A DNA stretch of 64,000 bases from Podarcis vaucheri (Eukaryota). The notes under the pieces were generated by a model. The model did not search any database, was not told the origin of the DNA, and saw only the letters and a list, made by a program, of their open reading frames with translations. Shown one piece after another: positions 11,286 to 24,483 of this stretch (its first letter is position 1; each line of letters begins with the position of its first letter). The DNA is taken from NCBI GenBank assembly GCA_965113315.1, contig OZ220376.1. One strand, given 5' to 3'. The translations under genes were made by a program, and so were the position numbers.

Positions 11286-13711
11286 CCTTTGTCCAGGAGG
11301 TGACTGCATGCCCTGCAAGTGTCCCAGTTTTCCAGGGACAGTTCCGGAATTACGAAAGTCATCCCAGCTTCTGATTTGATCCCAGAATGTCCCTATTATC
11401 CCTGCCAGCACTGCCACTGGCAAAATCCAGGAGGAGGAGGAGCTGGTGCTTGTCCCAAGGGATGGTGGTTGCAGTGTTGGACTTTCTTCGCCAACCGAGT
11501 TTGCGCAGTGACTGGGGCGATGGAATAAAAACTTCCCTGCAATATTTTTTGCTTACTTTATTTTTAAATAATAACCGAACAGCTGCAACTCACCGCTCTA
11601 CACCAGCCACTACCATACAAAGCATTTGGTCAACTTGAATACAGTTTTCAAAATAATCGATTACCCTATCACATCGCTGCATTCGGTGCAGTAGGTAAAC
11701 TTCCTCTAATTAGTTAAATTAAGATACCTCAGGTGTGCTGCCATGCAGGTTATAATTACAAACACACACCTCTGAGTAGCACCACTGACCACCTCAATAT
11801 TAAGAAAACCTAACATGCAGCAGCGAGGGAGCATCCCATGACCTCTCCATGGTTGCTGCTGCTGGCCTCCTCCTTAGGCAACTTGTAGTGGCTGCCGGAG
11901 AGCGGGCAAGGAGGAGAAGCTGCCCCTTTCTAAAATATATATACTGGTGTGTGCTTTTCCTGGATTATCTCATGAGGATCATCTAGTCCAACCCCCTGCA
12001 CTGCAGGAATCTTTTGCCCAATGCAGGACTTAAAAACTATAAGGTATAGCATATATTTTTTTCACCCTAGTGACTTGGATGGGTGAGAAAATACAGGACA
12101 GCCATTTTAATCAAAATTTGAGATGTATTAGTTAATAAAAATATATATGTCTGTCATGGAACAATATGGAAATATATATATATATCTGTCATGGAACAAC
12201 CCCATTGAAGAAGGTCACAGGGGCAACCCAAATCTTGTTGCTGGATGTGAAGGGGCCCTCAAAACAGTTCAAGCTTCAGGGCCACAAAACTCCATAGCCT
12301 GACTCAGTAGAAAGCAGTTTCCTTTGCTCATATATTACTCTTGCAGTGGGACTTGCATTCTTGCATTTTCTGGGTTTCTGGGTTTGTGCCAGGTAAAGAG
12401 TCCGAGAGGTTTTCTCAGGCCTTCTTTTAAAAACTTGAATTGATGGGGATTGAATTAGGGAACTTTAGCATGCAGAGCTGATGCTGCACCACAGAGCCAG
12501 CACCCCACCTAAATCCTAAAAGGGAGGTAAAAATAAAATAAAATAAAGGCTCTTTAATATTTTGTGGCACCTGAGCTTTGCCATGTAGTAACACTTCATG
12601 AGAATTTTTTATATGAAACGCACTGAGTACAAAGACTGCATTGTGTATGAACTCTTACATCTGGCAAGGAATGTAGAAGCATCATTATAGCTTTGAATCC
12701 ATTTGCAATTGTAATTCATGGAAGTGACTTGCTGTGACAGCCGAGGTTATAAGTACCTTTTATGCTCTTAAAAACTGATTGCCTTTCATATCCCTAAATC
12801 TCTTTGTAGATTTTCCACAAGCATTTTATTCTCGCTCTATGCGTGTGTGTGTGTTTGAGGCAAGTTCTTGACATGACACTGCAATCGCACATGTCGCCAT
12901 AGAAACCACCTGTGGGACAATTTTGGGGGGATATTTTTTTTGGGGGGGGTTGGGGTTTTTTAAAGTGATGTGGACGTAGTTGCATTTGATCTTGGAGACC
13001 GCTTTTGGTTAATGAACAATGAAGAGAAACAGCCTATAATTAAAACACCTTCACTGCGACATTTTAATGATGGGCAATTAAAATGATGGTTTAATTTTGG
13101 CTCACATTCATGTTAATTTCCTGTTTTATAAGGAAGGTCAGTGTGCCATTGGTTAAGACTGCAATCCTGCAGCCAGTGACCTAGGATTAAGACCTACTGA
13201 ACTTAAATGAGCTTAGTCTGGAGTAAATATGTGGACGACTGTACTCTTGGTAAGATAACAAGGGAGAAATATTACCCTGCAGCAAAAATTACTGGGGAAT
13301 TTTGGATGCCAGGCACACCAAATTTGTGCAAGCAACCTTCTCCAATGCAGTGCCCTCCTCTCTCTTTTTGAACTACAGCTCCCATCAGCCTCAGCAAGCA
13401 TGGCTATATGGCAAACGTTCCAAGTGTCTCTATTTTCCAGGGACAGTCTCGGGTTTACAGAAGCTGTCCCAGTTTCTGATTTTATCCCAGAATGTCCTGC
13501 TTTCCCTTTTGATGTCCAAATTTGCATCAGAGAAATATGGGTATTATGGAATTATCTGACTCCCAAGCCATCTGAAGGCAGCCCTGTATTGGGAAGTTTA
13601 TTAATATTTAATATTTTATTATGTTTTTATATATGTTGGAAGCTGCCCAGAGTAGTGCGGCAACCCAGTCAGATGGGTGGGGGTATAAATATAATTATCA
13701 TCATCATGAAA

Positions 13712-13919
13712 TTGTTGTTGTTGTTTAGTCGTTTCCGACTCTTCGTGACCCCATGGACCAGAGCATGCCAGGCACTCCTGTCTTCCACTGCCTCCTGCAG
13801 CTTGGTCACACTCATGTTCGTAGCTTCGAGAACACTGTCCAACCATCTCGTCCTCTGTCGTCCCCTTCTCCTTGTGCCCTCCATCTTTCCCAACATCAGG
13901 GTCTTTTCCAGGGAGTCTT
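13712..13919 (-). mobile_element. RTE-BovB LINE 3' fragment
   Basis: EDSLEKTLMLGKMEGTRRRGRQRTRWLDSVLEATNMSVTKLQEAVEDRSAWHALVHGVTKSRKRLN followed by a (CAA)n tail. Confidence 0.9.
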
Positions 13920-14379
13920 CATAGGATGTCCCTATATTCATTGAAGAAATGTTGGAGGGTATGCAGCTAGTAAGCGTACATTTGGATGAGGCTGCAAAGG
14001 GCGTGGAAGGGCCCAGCCACCGTGGTAACGCCCTTTTCTCCAACCTATGGGCTGCAGCCAAAGTCAGCCGCATTCAGACTACCCCACTGACATTAATGGA
14101 TGTGGCTGACTTGGCTCAACTCTGACTACCGCCCTATGCATTTGCTGTTTCTAGTTCCACATCTTCAGAACCAAGTAAAATGACACTTTTTGCATTAATT
14201 TGCATATGCAAATCAGTGCTGAGAAGGACAGCATGCTTGCTGCCTGCACCCCACATTTCAGCTGGTCCCCGACCCTTTACACCCCTTTCCCCCCAAGCTG
14301 GTTCTCCATCCATCCAATCCTTCCTCCCTTTACACAGGTGAAAATGAAGCAAAACATCACTTTGCGGGCTCCAAATCAA

Positions 14380-15000
14380 GGCGAGAGAGAGAGAGCGAGC
14401 GCGAGAGCGAGAGAGAGAGAGAACGCGCAGACCTCCGCGTCATCCGATTGGCTAAAGCGCCGCTAACCGCTCTCACGATTGGCCGGCTCTTCTACCCTAG
14501 GCCCGCCTCTCCCTCTCCCTCTCTTTCCTCCCCTCTTTTGCCCTGGCAGAGGCGGAGCAACTCGTGATTGGCCAAGCAGTTAGCGTGTTGTGATTGGGCT
14601 TCCGTGCCGAAGAGCTGGAGGGGAGGAGTAGAGAGCAACTGCTAGGGCCTCCGTCCCTCCCATCCTTGCACACGTCAAATAGACGGGTGCCTTGGCTTGA
14701 TTGACGGCGCGAGGGCTCTCGCTTGCGGCCCCGCCCTCTCCTTGCCTGTGTGGCTCTCGCGGGAAGTCGGAAGGGGGCGGCGTCTCCTCGCCGAGGCTGC
14801 TGCTGCTGCTCTCCGCGCGCGCTCATTCACTCTCTTTCTCTCCTGCTGAGTGGCTGCCTGGGCCGGGCTGCCCCAGAGGAGAACGGAGGGGAGCGGAAAA
14901 AAACCCTGTGTTTCAAGGACCCGTCCGCGCAGGTAAGAGGGTGAGGCGGTAGGGCAGCCAGTCAAAAGTGGGGTGCTGTGTTTGTGGGTGCGGCGCCCTT
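14380..15000 (+). promoter_or_regulatory. GLCE: CpG-island promoter of GLCE
   Basis: Abrupt CpG enrichment; four inverted CCAAT boxes (ATTGG at 14447, 14478, 14567, 14593); GC box about 14727-14736; CRE-like CACGTCA at 14671; ETS CGGAAG about 14768; followed by a strong splice donor. Confidence 0.75.
14750..14932 (+). other. GLCE: GLCE non-coding exon 1 (5' boundary approximate)
   Basis: ATG-free GC-rich segment ending at GCAG|gtaaga inside the CpG island; the next gene downstream on + is GLCE, whose first coding exon has an acceptor before the ATG. Confidence 0.65.
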
Positions 15001-15904
15001 TTCTCCCCTGGAAGAGCCAAATGGGGTGGGTGGGTTGGAAGAAGGAAAGGGGTGGGTCTCCCTTTTGCCTCCTGGGGAGGGGTGTCTCCACTTTTGGGGG
15101 TGTTTGGGGAGGGAGGTCTTCTCAGTATTTGGGGAGGGGGTTAGAGGAGGCCAGCAAGTCCAGGAAAGGATTGGGGGGTGTCTGTGGGGGGCTTGCTCTC
15201 TCCCAGTAACTTTCCTACCTTATGTGTTTGAGGGACAGTCCCCCCCTTTTTACTATAGGTGGAAGTTGAGGGGGGTTCTCTTTCCATTCCCTCCTCTAAA
15301 ATTATATATACAAATGAGAGAGAGAGGAGGTACCTTTTTCTGAGAAAAAGGGCTTTGTTTTCTTGGAGGGGTGCTCTGCCCACCCCCTTCATAACAGACA
15401 TGGTTAGGGTCTGGCCTTCCTTCTGGGACTGGGCTGGACCCATGGCTGCCCCCCAATGCACAACAAGCGCAGCTGGCCTTTGCTGAGCTCTTCCCTTTCC
15501 TTGCCCCAGGAGTCAGGGTTTTTTTTTGGGGTGCTTCTAGATAACTCTTTTTCTTCCCCTCAGGAAACATGGTGGGTAACAGCTGTGTTAGTGTTGGCTG
15601 TGTCAATGTGCAGGTAGCCCTTTGCAAAGGGAGGCAGGAGTCTGCCCCAAGAGCCTTACAATGTAAAAAAACAAAACAAGCCTCAAAATATGTTTCTTTC
15701 AGTGCTCTGCCTGACTCTAGGGCACCCAAGCTTTCCTCAACCTGTTGCCCGTTAGCAGTCTTGGACTACAACTCCCATCAGACGCTGGCTGTGCTGGAGT
15801 AGACCTTATGGCTGTGCTGGCTGACACTGATGGGAGTTGTAGTCTACAATGGCTGGACAGCACCAGGTTGGGAAAGACTCCTCTAGTTGTGATTGATGTG
15901 AGGT

Positions 15905-16118
15905 GGTTATCAGTGGCTACTAGCCATGATGGCTATGCTGTGCCTCCAAGGTTGGAGGCAGGAATGCTTCTGAATACAGTTGCTGGAAACCATAGAAGGG
16001 GACAGTGCTCATGTGCTCAGGTCTTGCTTGCCGGTTTCCCTTTGGGCCGTCTGGTTGGCCACAGGATGCTGGACCAGAAGGGGCATCGGCCTGATCTAGC
16101 AAAACTCGTACATTCTTA
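15905..16118 (+). mobile_element. CR1-type 3'UTR family fragment (other copies about 21860-21950, 24030-24400, 27840-27975, 38310-38535 on +; 28641-28940, 31370-31650, 43775-44330, 50298-51130, 56821-57140 on -)
   Basis: Recurrent motif tagccatgatggctatgct.tgcctcca...gcttctgaatac.agttgctggaaacc...gatgctggac.agatggg. Confidence 0.7.
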
Positions 16119-17580
16119 AGGTGACTGCAGAGATAACAGTTTTGGTCTGGTAACAGCCAAAAACTTGCAGGTTTTTTTGTGGTGTGTAGGAGAAGGAGAT
16201 ATGTCAGGGTCTGAATATGTCTGAATGGGCAAATCCAGTGGCTAGCAAGATTTCCATCCACTGTGTCCTGGCCTTGTATGATTCTAGCTGGAAGGAACAC
16301 TTTGAATTTTGGGGTTGCCTGGGACTTTATTTTTTGGGTAGTCTCAGCTGCACCCGTTGCACTGTCTTTGAGTCTTTGAATGGATACTCTATCTGTTCCT
16401 TTCCTTTTCCATGTGAAGTTCACATTTCTTTGGCTGCAGTCTCTGAGAATTTAGATTCGAAATGGAGAGCAGAGCTTTTGGAATTTCACAGAAAAAAGAT
16501 GTTGTGCACTTGGGATGTCGATGCTCGCATCATTGTTAAACAGCTGGGTTTGTTGCTGGTGCATTGTGTGGCCTAAAGGATGAAAATTTAGCAACCCTGA
16601 GAAAGGTAATTAGCAAAGCATATGGAAGAATTTATGGTGCATTAGTAAACTGGAGTGCAGATAATTTGCAAGCCTGACTTAACTAGGTATGAAGTGATGC
16701 ACACTTTCTGGGGGTTGTTAACTTGCAATCTCCAAGGTTGCCCACCTGGCCAAAAGAGCTGCGCCTTTGTCTTTGTTTCACTGCTGTGCAGGTGTAGTCT
16801 GGGCTTGGGATCAAGTTTGTGAATAGCTCTTTGTGTGGTGCCAGCACCTGCACTCTCAGGACCAAGGCAGCAAAGCAAACCTTGTGAAAAAATGGTGTTG
16901 CATGAGTTAGCTGGAGAGGAGCTGTTTGAAAAACAAAGGCAGCTCTCCTGGTCTTAATTTAGCACCTATTACCAAAAACGATGCCAAGTGTTCTTTGGGG
17001 AGCCGTGGGTGTCACAATGTGGGGGGGGGGGGATGTGGTTTTATAAAGTGGCGCTGCTGTCCAGTGTTGGAAATGCTGTGAATGGTCTGTATTGTAGGTG
17101 ACGGCAATGTGTGCTTAGGTCTTGCATCTTTCCAGACTTGTGTGGGGAAAGTATTTCCATGTAGGAATAAGAATTCCTAGAACTGGTATAGTGTGGCACA
17201 GTCTTCATCAACCTGGAGCCTTCCAGATGTTTTGGATGACAACTCCCATCAGATGCAGCGCTCAACACATCCATATTCCCTTCAGATGTAGCATCATACA
17301 GCTATGCTGACTGGCAGTGTTAGAAACTCAGATAAATAAGCTAATTGCCAAATGGCACCTTAAACCTAAGTTATGGTCACTACAATGAAATGTCTAGGCA
17401 CCTTTTGTTATTATTTTTATACCACTTTGTATTTTAAAGAAGAAAATCTCAAAGCAAATAAAACAAATTCAAGCTTCAAGGAAAATATTTCAGACCTTTT
17501 TTAAAGTGACATTTTGCTTTCCCCTTATTTATTTACCTACTTAATTTATATAGCTACCCCATAGCGGAAGTACTCTAGGA

Positions 17581-17790
17581 AGCCAGTGTGGTGTAGTGGT
17601 TAGAGTGTTGCACTAGGATATTGGAGATCAGGTTTAAATCTCTACTCAGTCAGGAAGCTCACTGGGTGACCTTGGGCCAGCCACAGCCTCGTAACCCACC
17701 TCAGGATCGTTGTAGGGATTAACTGGGGGGGGGGGGGCGAACCATGTACACCTTGGAGAAAAAGATGGGATATAAATGCAGTAAATAAGC
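17581..17790 (+). mobile_element. tRNA-derived MIR/Ther1-like SINE (similar copies 18412-18640 +; 25040-25470, 48830-49060, 54575-54782 -)
   Basis: Head agccagtgtggtgtagtggtt with A/B-box-like elements, gtgaccttgggccag core, ggatataaat tail. Confidence 0.7.
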
Positions 17791-20011
17791 TCCGCTTACC
17801 TAGGGTTGCCATATTTCAAAAAGTGAAAATCTGGACACAAAAGTTTTTGTTTTTATTTTATTTTTAGCCAAAGTTGCTTTTTTCTTTCCTTTTTCAAAAT
17901 CTCAAATTCAAATTTCTGACTGCTGTACTCTGGCTATGTCTGGATGTACGGCAGCCTTAGCTGAAAGGGCCAGCCAGATGGAGATGTCAGTCGCCAGCCC
18001 AGCATCAAGAGATCCAGTTGCACCCATGCCCATTGCAAAATGTGCCTGGCACCTAGCTAATTTCTAACATTGGTAGTAACCAATATGCTGACAGGGGAAC
18101 CTTAAGAATCCCTGGTTGAAATCTTGCCTCTTGCATGTGCTTACTAGGTTTGAGAATAGTAATACCTACAGTGCTTTTGAGGTCACATTTGATAATATAC
18201 ACAGAACACTTTGAACATGTTCAACTGCTGTATAAATGCTAAGTACTATTAATAATGTGGCACCTATGAGTTGATGGCAGCGCATTATCATTCTGCACCA
18301 AAGAATCTCTGAATTTGGGCATTTGTGGCTTCTCAACACATGTGCACACAGCAAGACTAATCAGAGGCAGTTTCATTAATATTTCTTACATGAAATTGCT
18401 TTTGCAATTTGAGAGCCAGTGTGGTGTAGTGGTTGCAGTGTTAGACTATGACCTGGCAGACGAGAGTTCAAATCCTTGCTCAGCCACAAAGCTCACTGGG
18501 TGACCCTGGGCCAGTCACTGCCTCTCCGCCTCACCTACCTCACAGGGGGGTTGTGCGGATCAAACGAGGACTTGGAGAAAGAACCATGTATGCCACCTTG
18601 AGCTCCTTGGAGAAGAGGATATAAATGCAGTCAATAAATTTGCTTAAGCAGTTTGCTCACATATTGAGCGGCACCCGAATACTTATCCTGGATGGTGGGA
18701 AGCACAGCCTGAGGAATTCAGGTCTCCTCTTCCTCCAGCCAAAATGGGTCAGTGTCGCTTTGGTATTTCTGGAAATACTTGCTGCTGTGCTTTTCTTGCA
18801 CAGCTGATTGATAAATGCAGGGCTTTGTCCTGGAGAGAACTGACAGCAAGCAGTCTATTCTTCTGTTGATGGTTGATGCTGGCTTGAGAACTGAACAAAG
18901 CACTTTAAGAAATATATAACATTTTGCGCTAGGTGTGATGTCGTTTGCCGTGATGCTAGTCTAGAATCCTGGCCGAAAATGACAATCTCCTTTAACTAGG
19001 CATGATGTGAACAGTGGTTTGATGACTGATTTAGCCATTGATTGGCAGCAAATCATGCTTTTTATAGGATGAAGAAACAGCGCCACAATACCTGCATTAT
19101 GATAAATGCGTTGTGATAGAATTGCACTGCCTTGTGGCACCCAACATTAACTCCAAGGTTCTCACCCCTGATGTTGCAGCCCATCGTCCTCTATATTTCT
19201 GATTCAAGTCTTCCTGTATTCACATTGTAATGCAGCCAAAACTACATCACCCTAACACAAGGGAGGCAGCACTGAAGACTCTGGTTAACCTCAAGGTTTC
19301 CTTAATAAGGAAAGTCTATAAGGGGAACTCCAAAACAGCAGCATAAGGCAGGGTAGACAATGTGAAGCCCTCCAGGTTGTTTGGACAACAGCGCTCATCA
19401 AGCTCAACCAGCACAGACAATGGGCAAGGATGATGGGAGATGTAGTCCAAAATCTCTGGAGGGCAGGACCACTTTTGGCGTAAGGACTCCATGACATGGA
19501 ACGTTGGCTGACTAAGAGGGGAAAAGATGGGAACTGGGTGGGAGGGGGATGCAGTGGAGTAGGCTGGAAAAAGGAGGAGAGAAGTTACCTGGATATTAAA
19601 AGGATAAAATAGACCCCTTTTATTGTCTAGGTAGGTGAATTCCGGAGGTGGAAATGGGAGTTACCTATAGACATGAGTGGACAAATCTAAATATTTTAAT
19701 ATAGCTTGGGCTGGGCATAGGGGTCAACCTCACAACACAGAGCCTCCCACCGACCAATAAGAACCAGCTCTGTTCCATGGGTATAGAATACTGACTGACT
19801 GTGGGGGAGGAGCAGGGATGCAATGAGGCAACTGGGTCTCTGAACAAAATCATGGCATGCTGCAACATTTTGTTGAAGGATCCAGCTTCACTTCTGTTGC
19901 CCCAGTGTATGTGGTGCAGAGTCACTCCTTAGCAACCCTCCTTGTTCCCTCTACTGCACACAGACTCCATGACTGCCTTTTGACATTTATTATTATTGTT
20001 GTTGTTGTTAC

Positions 20012-20055
<44 letters not shown>

Positions 20056-20057
20056 GA

Positions 20058-20394
20058 TAAAGGTAAAGGGACCCCTGACCATTAGGTCCAGTCGTGGCCG
20101 ACTCTGGGGTTGTGGCGCTCATCTCGCTTTATTGGCCGAGGGAGCCGGCGTACAGCTTCTGGGTCATGTGGCCAGCATGACTAAGATGCATCTGGCAAAC
20201 CAGAGCAGTGCACGGAAGCGCTGTTTACCTTCCCGCCGGAGCAGTACCTATTTATCTACTTGCACTTTGACGTGCTTTCGAACTGCTAGGTTGGCAGGAG
20301 CAGGGGCCGAGCAATGGGAGCTCACCCCGTCGCAGGGATTTGAACTGCCAAGTCCTAGGCTCTGTGGTTTAACCCACAGCGCCACCTGTGTCCC
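20058..20394 (-). mobile_element. Sauria SINE
   Basis: High similarity to the 4106-4463 copy; abuts a (TTA)n microsatellite at about 20013-20055. Confidence 0.9.
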
Positions 20395-21527
20395 CATTAT
20401 GATGATGCACACTCACACTTCTGTTTCTTGGCCTCCTTTGACACCTGATTCTCTATTACCATTGTGGACCGCTCTCGCCATTCATCTCTTTGTCTGGCTA
20501 ACATAGCCTGTGAGCTCTCCTCCACCCTCCACTGCAAGGCTTGTGTGTGTCTTATGTACAGTGTCTAGCACACGGTGCTGTATAAATGTTAAACTGCGGC
20601 AGCACTAGAAGGTTAGCAAATGGGCTTCTTAGTCTTTTAATCTGCACTCCGTTTTCTGCCCTTGGCGTGAGATGCGAGACAAAATTAATGTACTGGCTTC
20701 CGTTTTTCAGGAGGAAAATACACACCAGTCGTGTTAACAGGTGTGTCTGGTGAAGCTTCAGTGGCTCCCTGATGTTTGCATTAATATTGCAGCCTCTGTG
20801 GACAAGCTGTAGGTTAGCTAAAGCACACAGCAGGGTTTAATAAGACGTGGTAGGAGAGAACTTTGCGCAGGCCATGGTGTTGTGCAGTTTATTTGCAGAG
20901 CTCAAAATTAGCCGAGGCCCTATAATGATTAGCAGCTGGCCGATAGCCCAGAAAGACGCACAGAGCCTGGATCTGGCAGCCCTTGGCAGTAATTTTCTGC
21001 AAGACAATTGTCCCTTAGCTCTTTTTATTATCGGATCGATTCTTTGACAATAGCACTTCTGTTTACAATGCTGATTCTATCAGGGTGCTTTCCGTAGTGT
21101 GGCCGGGTGTGACCTGGTTGCTCTCGTAGCTGCACATCTTGTTTTCAAACCTGGCCACTTACCTTTCTCTTATTAGACTCCCCTTTCTCAACAGTCCCCA
21201 CCCCCTGCAACCCGTCTGAGCTGAACGGAGTGTGGAGCTGTGTCAGTTTGCTATGTTCCACATCCACTTGCAGGCAGACGTTCTCTAGGTCATCCACTCT
21301 GCTGCAAACAGTATGCTGCCCCCTCTAATCAATTTGCAGTCCTCTAGGCGCTGGTGCAAACAAAGCCTTGCATGATGCAAAACAAGCAGAAGGGTTGGCT
21401 ATACTGGACTGGATCAAGTGCCCATCAGGTTCAGCACTCTGCTTTCCAATAGTGTCTAGCTAAGGATACTCCTGGAGAACTTTCAAGGAGAGCATGATGG
21501 AGATAGGCACTTACTGTGAGTCCCTAA

Positions 21528-21777
21528 TAAGGCTTGGCAATCCCTGGTTTTCAGCAGCATGATATATCACCAGCTAAATACCACAATATACTGATATATC
21601 ACCATGTCTGAAATAAGGATGGAACGATGTAGAGGCATTGGCTGGCTTCACAGTTTTCCCCACATTGTGATTTTTGCACCGCACATGCGTGCACCCCCCC
21701 CCCCAATGATTCACAATATATTGCCAGGTCAAAAACAATGAAACCGATACCACGTTTTGGGACGATACCCAGCCTTA
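21528..21777. mobile_element. Non-autonomous hAT element
   Basis: taaggct...agcctta termini; 8-bp TSD gtccctaa/gtccctag; gatatatcac motifs shared with 63450-63670. Confidence 0.7.
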
Positions 21778-23199
21778 GTCCCTAGCATCCATTGTGCAGG
21801 AGTGTACTACCTTGTATCTGGGAGTTCTGCCTTGCTATAGTGGCTAATTACTAGACCGCTCTTGTGCTTGAATCCTGCTTATTGGTTTCCTACAGGCAGC
21901 TGGTCTGCCACTGTGAGAACATGATGCTGGACTAGATGGGCCATTGGCTTGGTTGTAAAAAAACAACAACCCTCAAAGCGGTTTACAAAAGATAAAACAA
22001 TAAATCAAGAAAAAAATCACAACCCTGCTTTAGGTTGATAAAATCACAGAGGAATCGGTTTGCTAGCTTCAGTTTTGTCCAGTAGCCAGTCAAGAGAACC
22101 TGTGACCAACCAGATGTTGTTTTTCAAGGTACCAGGTGTGTTTTGCTGCTAGAGGGCTGTGCTCGGTTGACGGTCTCAAGTTGTGTCAACCTGTTCTGCA
22201 GTAACTCTTCTTTTTGTAGTCATTATTATTTCTGCAGGAATAATAAGGTCAAATGAAAATCTGTGCAGAGAATGGAATTACAAACTAAGCCAAGTAGCAG
22301 AAATAATAAGTGATTACTTTTCTGGTGGATTTTCCTTTAGTGCAGTAAGCATGCCTAAGAATCTGTGCTAAAGATAGCCTTCCACAATCCTTTTGGATGG
22401 AGATAATACATATATTAATGATTGCAAGGATTATGTACGTGAGGAGCTGGGGGGGGGGATACAGGGAAACCAAATAAATTGGTTTATTTATATAGTGAGA
22501 TCACAATTTATGCACATTTAACTTGTGCGATTGCGACCTTGCACGGTAGAAGGCCAGCTGGTTGAAATTGTGCAATTTAAGTGCACACAAGGCAGAGAGC
22601 TGTTTTGTGTTGGGTGCAGAAAGAGCTTTTAACCTCTCTGGAGGTTCCAAGGGGAAGGGCCCTCTCTACAGGTTAGATGGCTTCCAGTGGCTTCCTTTTC
22701 TCTCCTCTAGAGGAGACGAACCAGCAACAGAAGGGGACAGTGCTGGTGCGGTAGACAATGTTGATAAGCCCTCTTCCTCAGCCTTCTGGAAGTTCCAATC
22801 CTTCTAAACAAAGACAGTTTTTGGCACCTAACCAAACTCCCCAAAACAGCTTTAGCAAATAGCTTCTTGGTTATAATGCCTTAATGCTTCCCTTTCCCAC
22901 TTCCCCTTTCTCCTTTCTGTTTAGTCCTATCCGGAAGTCTGTGTTATCCATCCTCCACATCTCAATCTATGGGACTAATCTCCTACTCTCTCCCCAGCAT
23001 TGTCTTTGAATTGTAAGAAGCTTTTCTCCTTTTTAAGGCATAAATCTCCTCTTTATGTTACCTTCTCAGATGAGGATGCTTTTCCAAACAACATGCAAGG
23101 AGAATAAAATACGAGAACCATTTTCTTACCTCTGCGTTTCCTGCTCTCTTGCCAACAGAGAAGCGAAATCACTTTATTTTACAAGGAACAGCTAGGCTT

Positions 23200-23385
23200 C
23201 ATGGAATCGTAGAGTTGGAAGGGACCCCAAGGGCCATCTAGTTCAACCCCCTTCAATGCAGGAATCTCGATTAAAGCATCCAAGACAGATGGCCATCTAA
23301 CCTCTGCTTGAACACCTCCAGTGAAGGAGAGTCCACAGCCTCCCGAGGGAGTTGGCTCCACTGTTGAACAGCTCTGACAGTTCTT
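23200..23385 (-). mobile_element. CR1 LINE 3' end
   Basis: gaatcgtagagttggaagggacc...catctaacctctgcttgaacacctcc...ccactgttgaacagctctgac. Confidence 0.75.
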
Positions 23386-24444
23386 CAGGTGAACTGTCTC
23401 TGAATTGTAATCAAGAGCGGAACCTGCCCTCTTTCCCTGCCACAGATATTAAGGGACACCAACTCGCCTGGTTAAGGAAAGGTGATTCTGTGTAGATTTG
23501 TTGGCCATACTGAACACTTTACGAATCTGCTTTCTTCCATATAAGTATTCTCAGAGCCTTGGAAAGCCCAGAGAGTTGAAAGAAGTGGGAAAGAGCATCA
23601 CTCTTCCAGCAATCTCCTTCAGTCCCACATACAGTTCAAGGGATAATAAAGTAACTGCCTCCCCACCTCAAGACCAAGAGGGTTAGCGGGAGAGAGCAAG
23701 TAGGGGGAGCTTAGAGGCTTCTTGGACATCAAAAGGAGACTTCAAAGGTGCCGTTGCACCTGCAGAATCCACAGTTGTGGCCTTGGGCTGTGGATTTGAA
23801 GCAAGCAAAGATCATGCATTAGTCAGCTCTTGCAATTTCTCTTCATCTCCGTGCAACCAAGTGGTGACTGTTAGAAAGAGCTGCCTTGTTAGTGGAGCTT
23901 TGCTAGAGCCTTTCATTGAGGTTGGATGACTTGTGGAAATTTGTTTGGGCCAGCCTTTATGGTGGCATGTCCTGCTGTCACACTTGCCCAAGCCCTGATT
24001 TTTAATTGTAGATGCTTGGGACACCTTTATGCTTGGACAAAATTCATAACGCTAAACCTATTTGATATCTTACGAAACTGAATGCCGGAAGATCCAGGGC
24101 AGACAAAATTCATGCAGCACATAGTTACTATGGAACTCACTTCCACAGGAGACAGTGATGGCTACCAACTTGAATGGCTTTGAAGGAGGATTAGACAAAT
24201 TCACAGGAGGAGAAAGGCTATCACTGGTGACTAGCTATGATGGCAATGCTCTGCCCACAGCCATGTTTCTGAATAGCAATTGTTGGACACCACTATAGGG
24301 GAGAGTGTTCTTGTGCTCAAATTTTGCCACAGGCATCATGCTGGTGAAAACTGGATGCCGAACCAGATGGGCAGTCTGCAGCAGGCCCCAATTATATTCT
24401 TACAAGCGTGTGTTTCTGACTTCTGTATGCCTGGAGTTGCCACC

Positions 24445-24483
<39 letters not shown>

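Noticed and set aside
12141-12199. Short direct duplication atatatat.tctgtcatggaacaa
   Set aside because: Two units around an (AT)n tract; ordinary slippage, not an array
15564-15613. Possible extra GLCE UTR exon (acceptor ttcttcccctcag at 15563; another strong acceptor at 42089)
   Set aside because: No convincing paired donor; cannot be supported without transcript data
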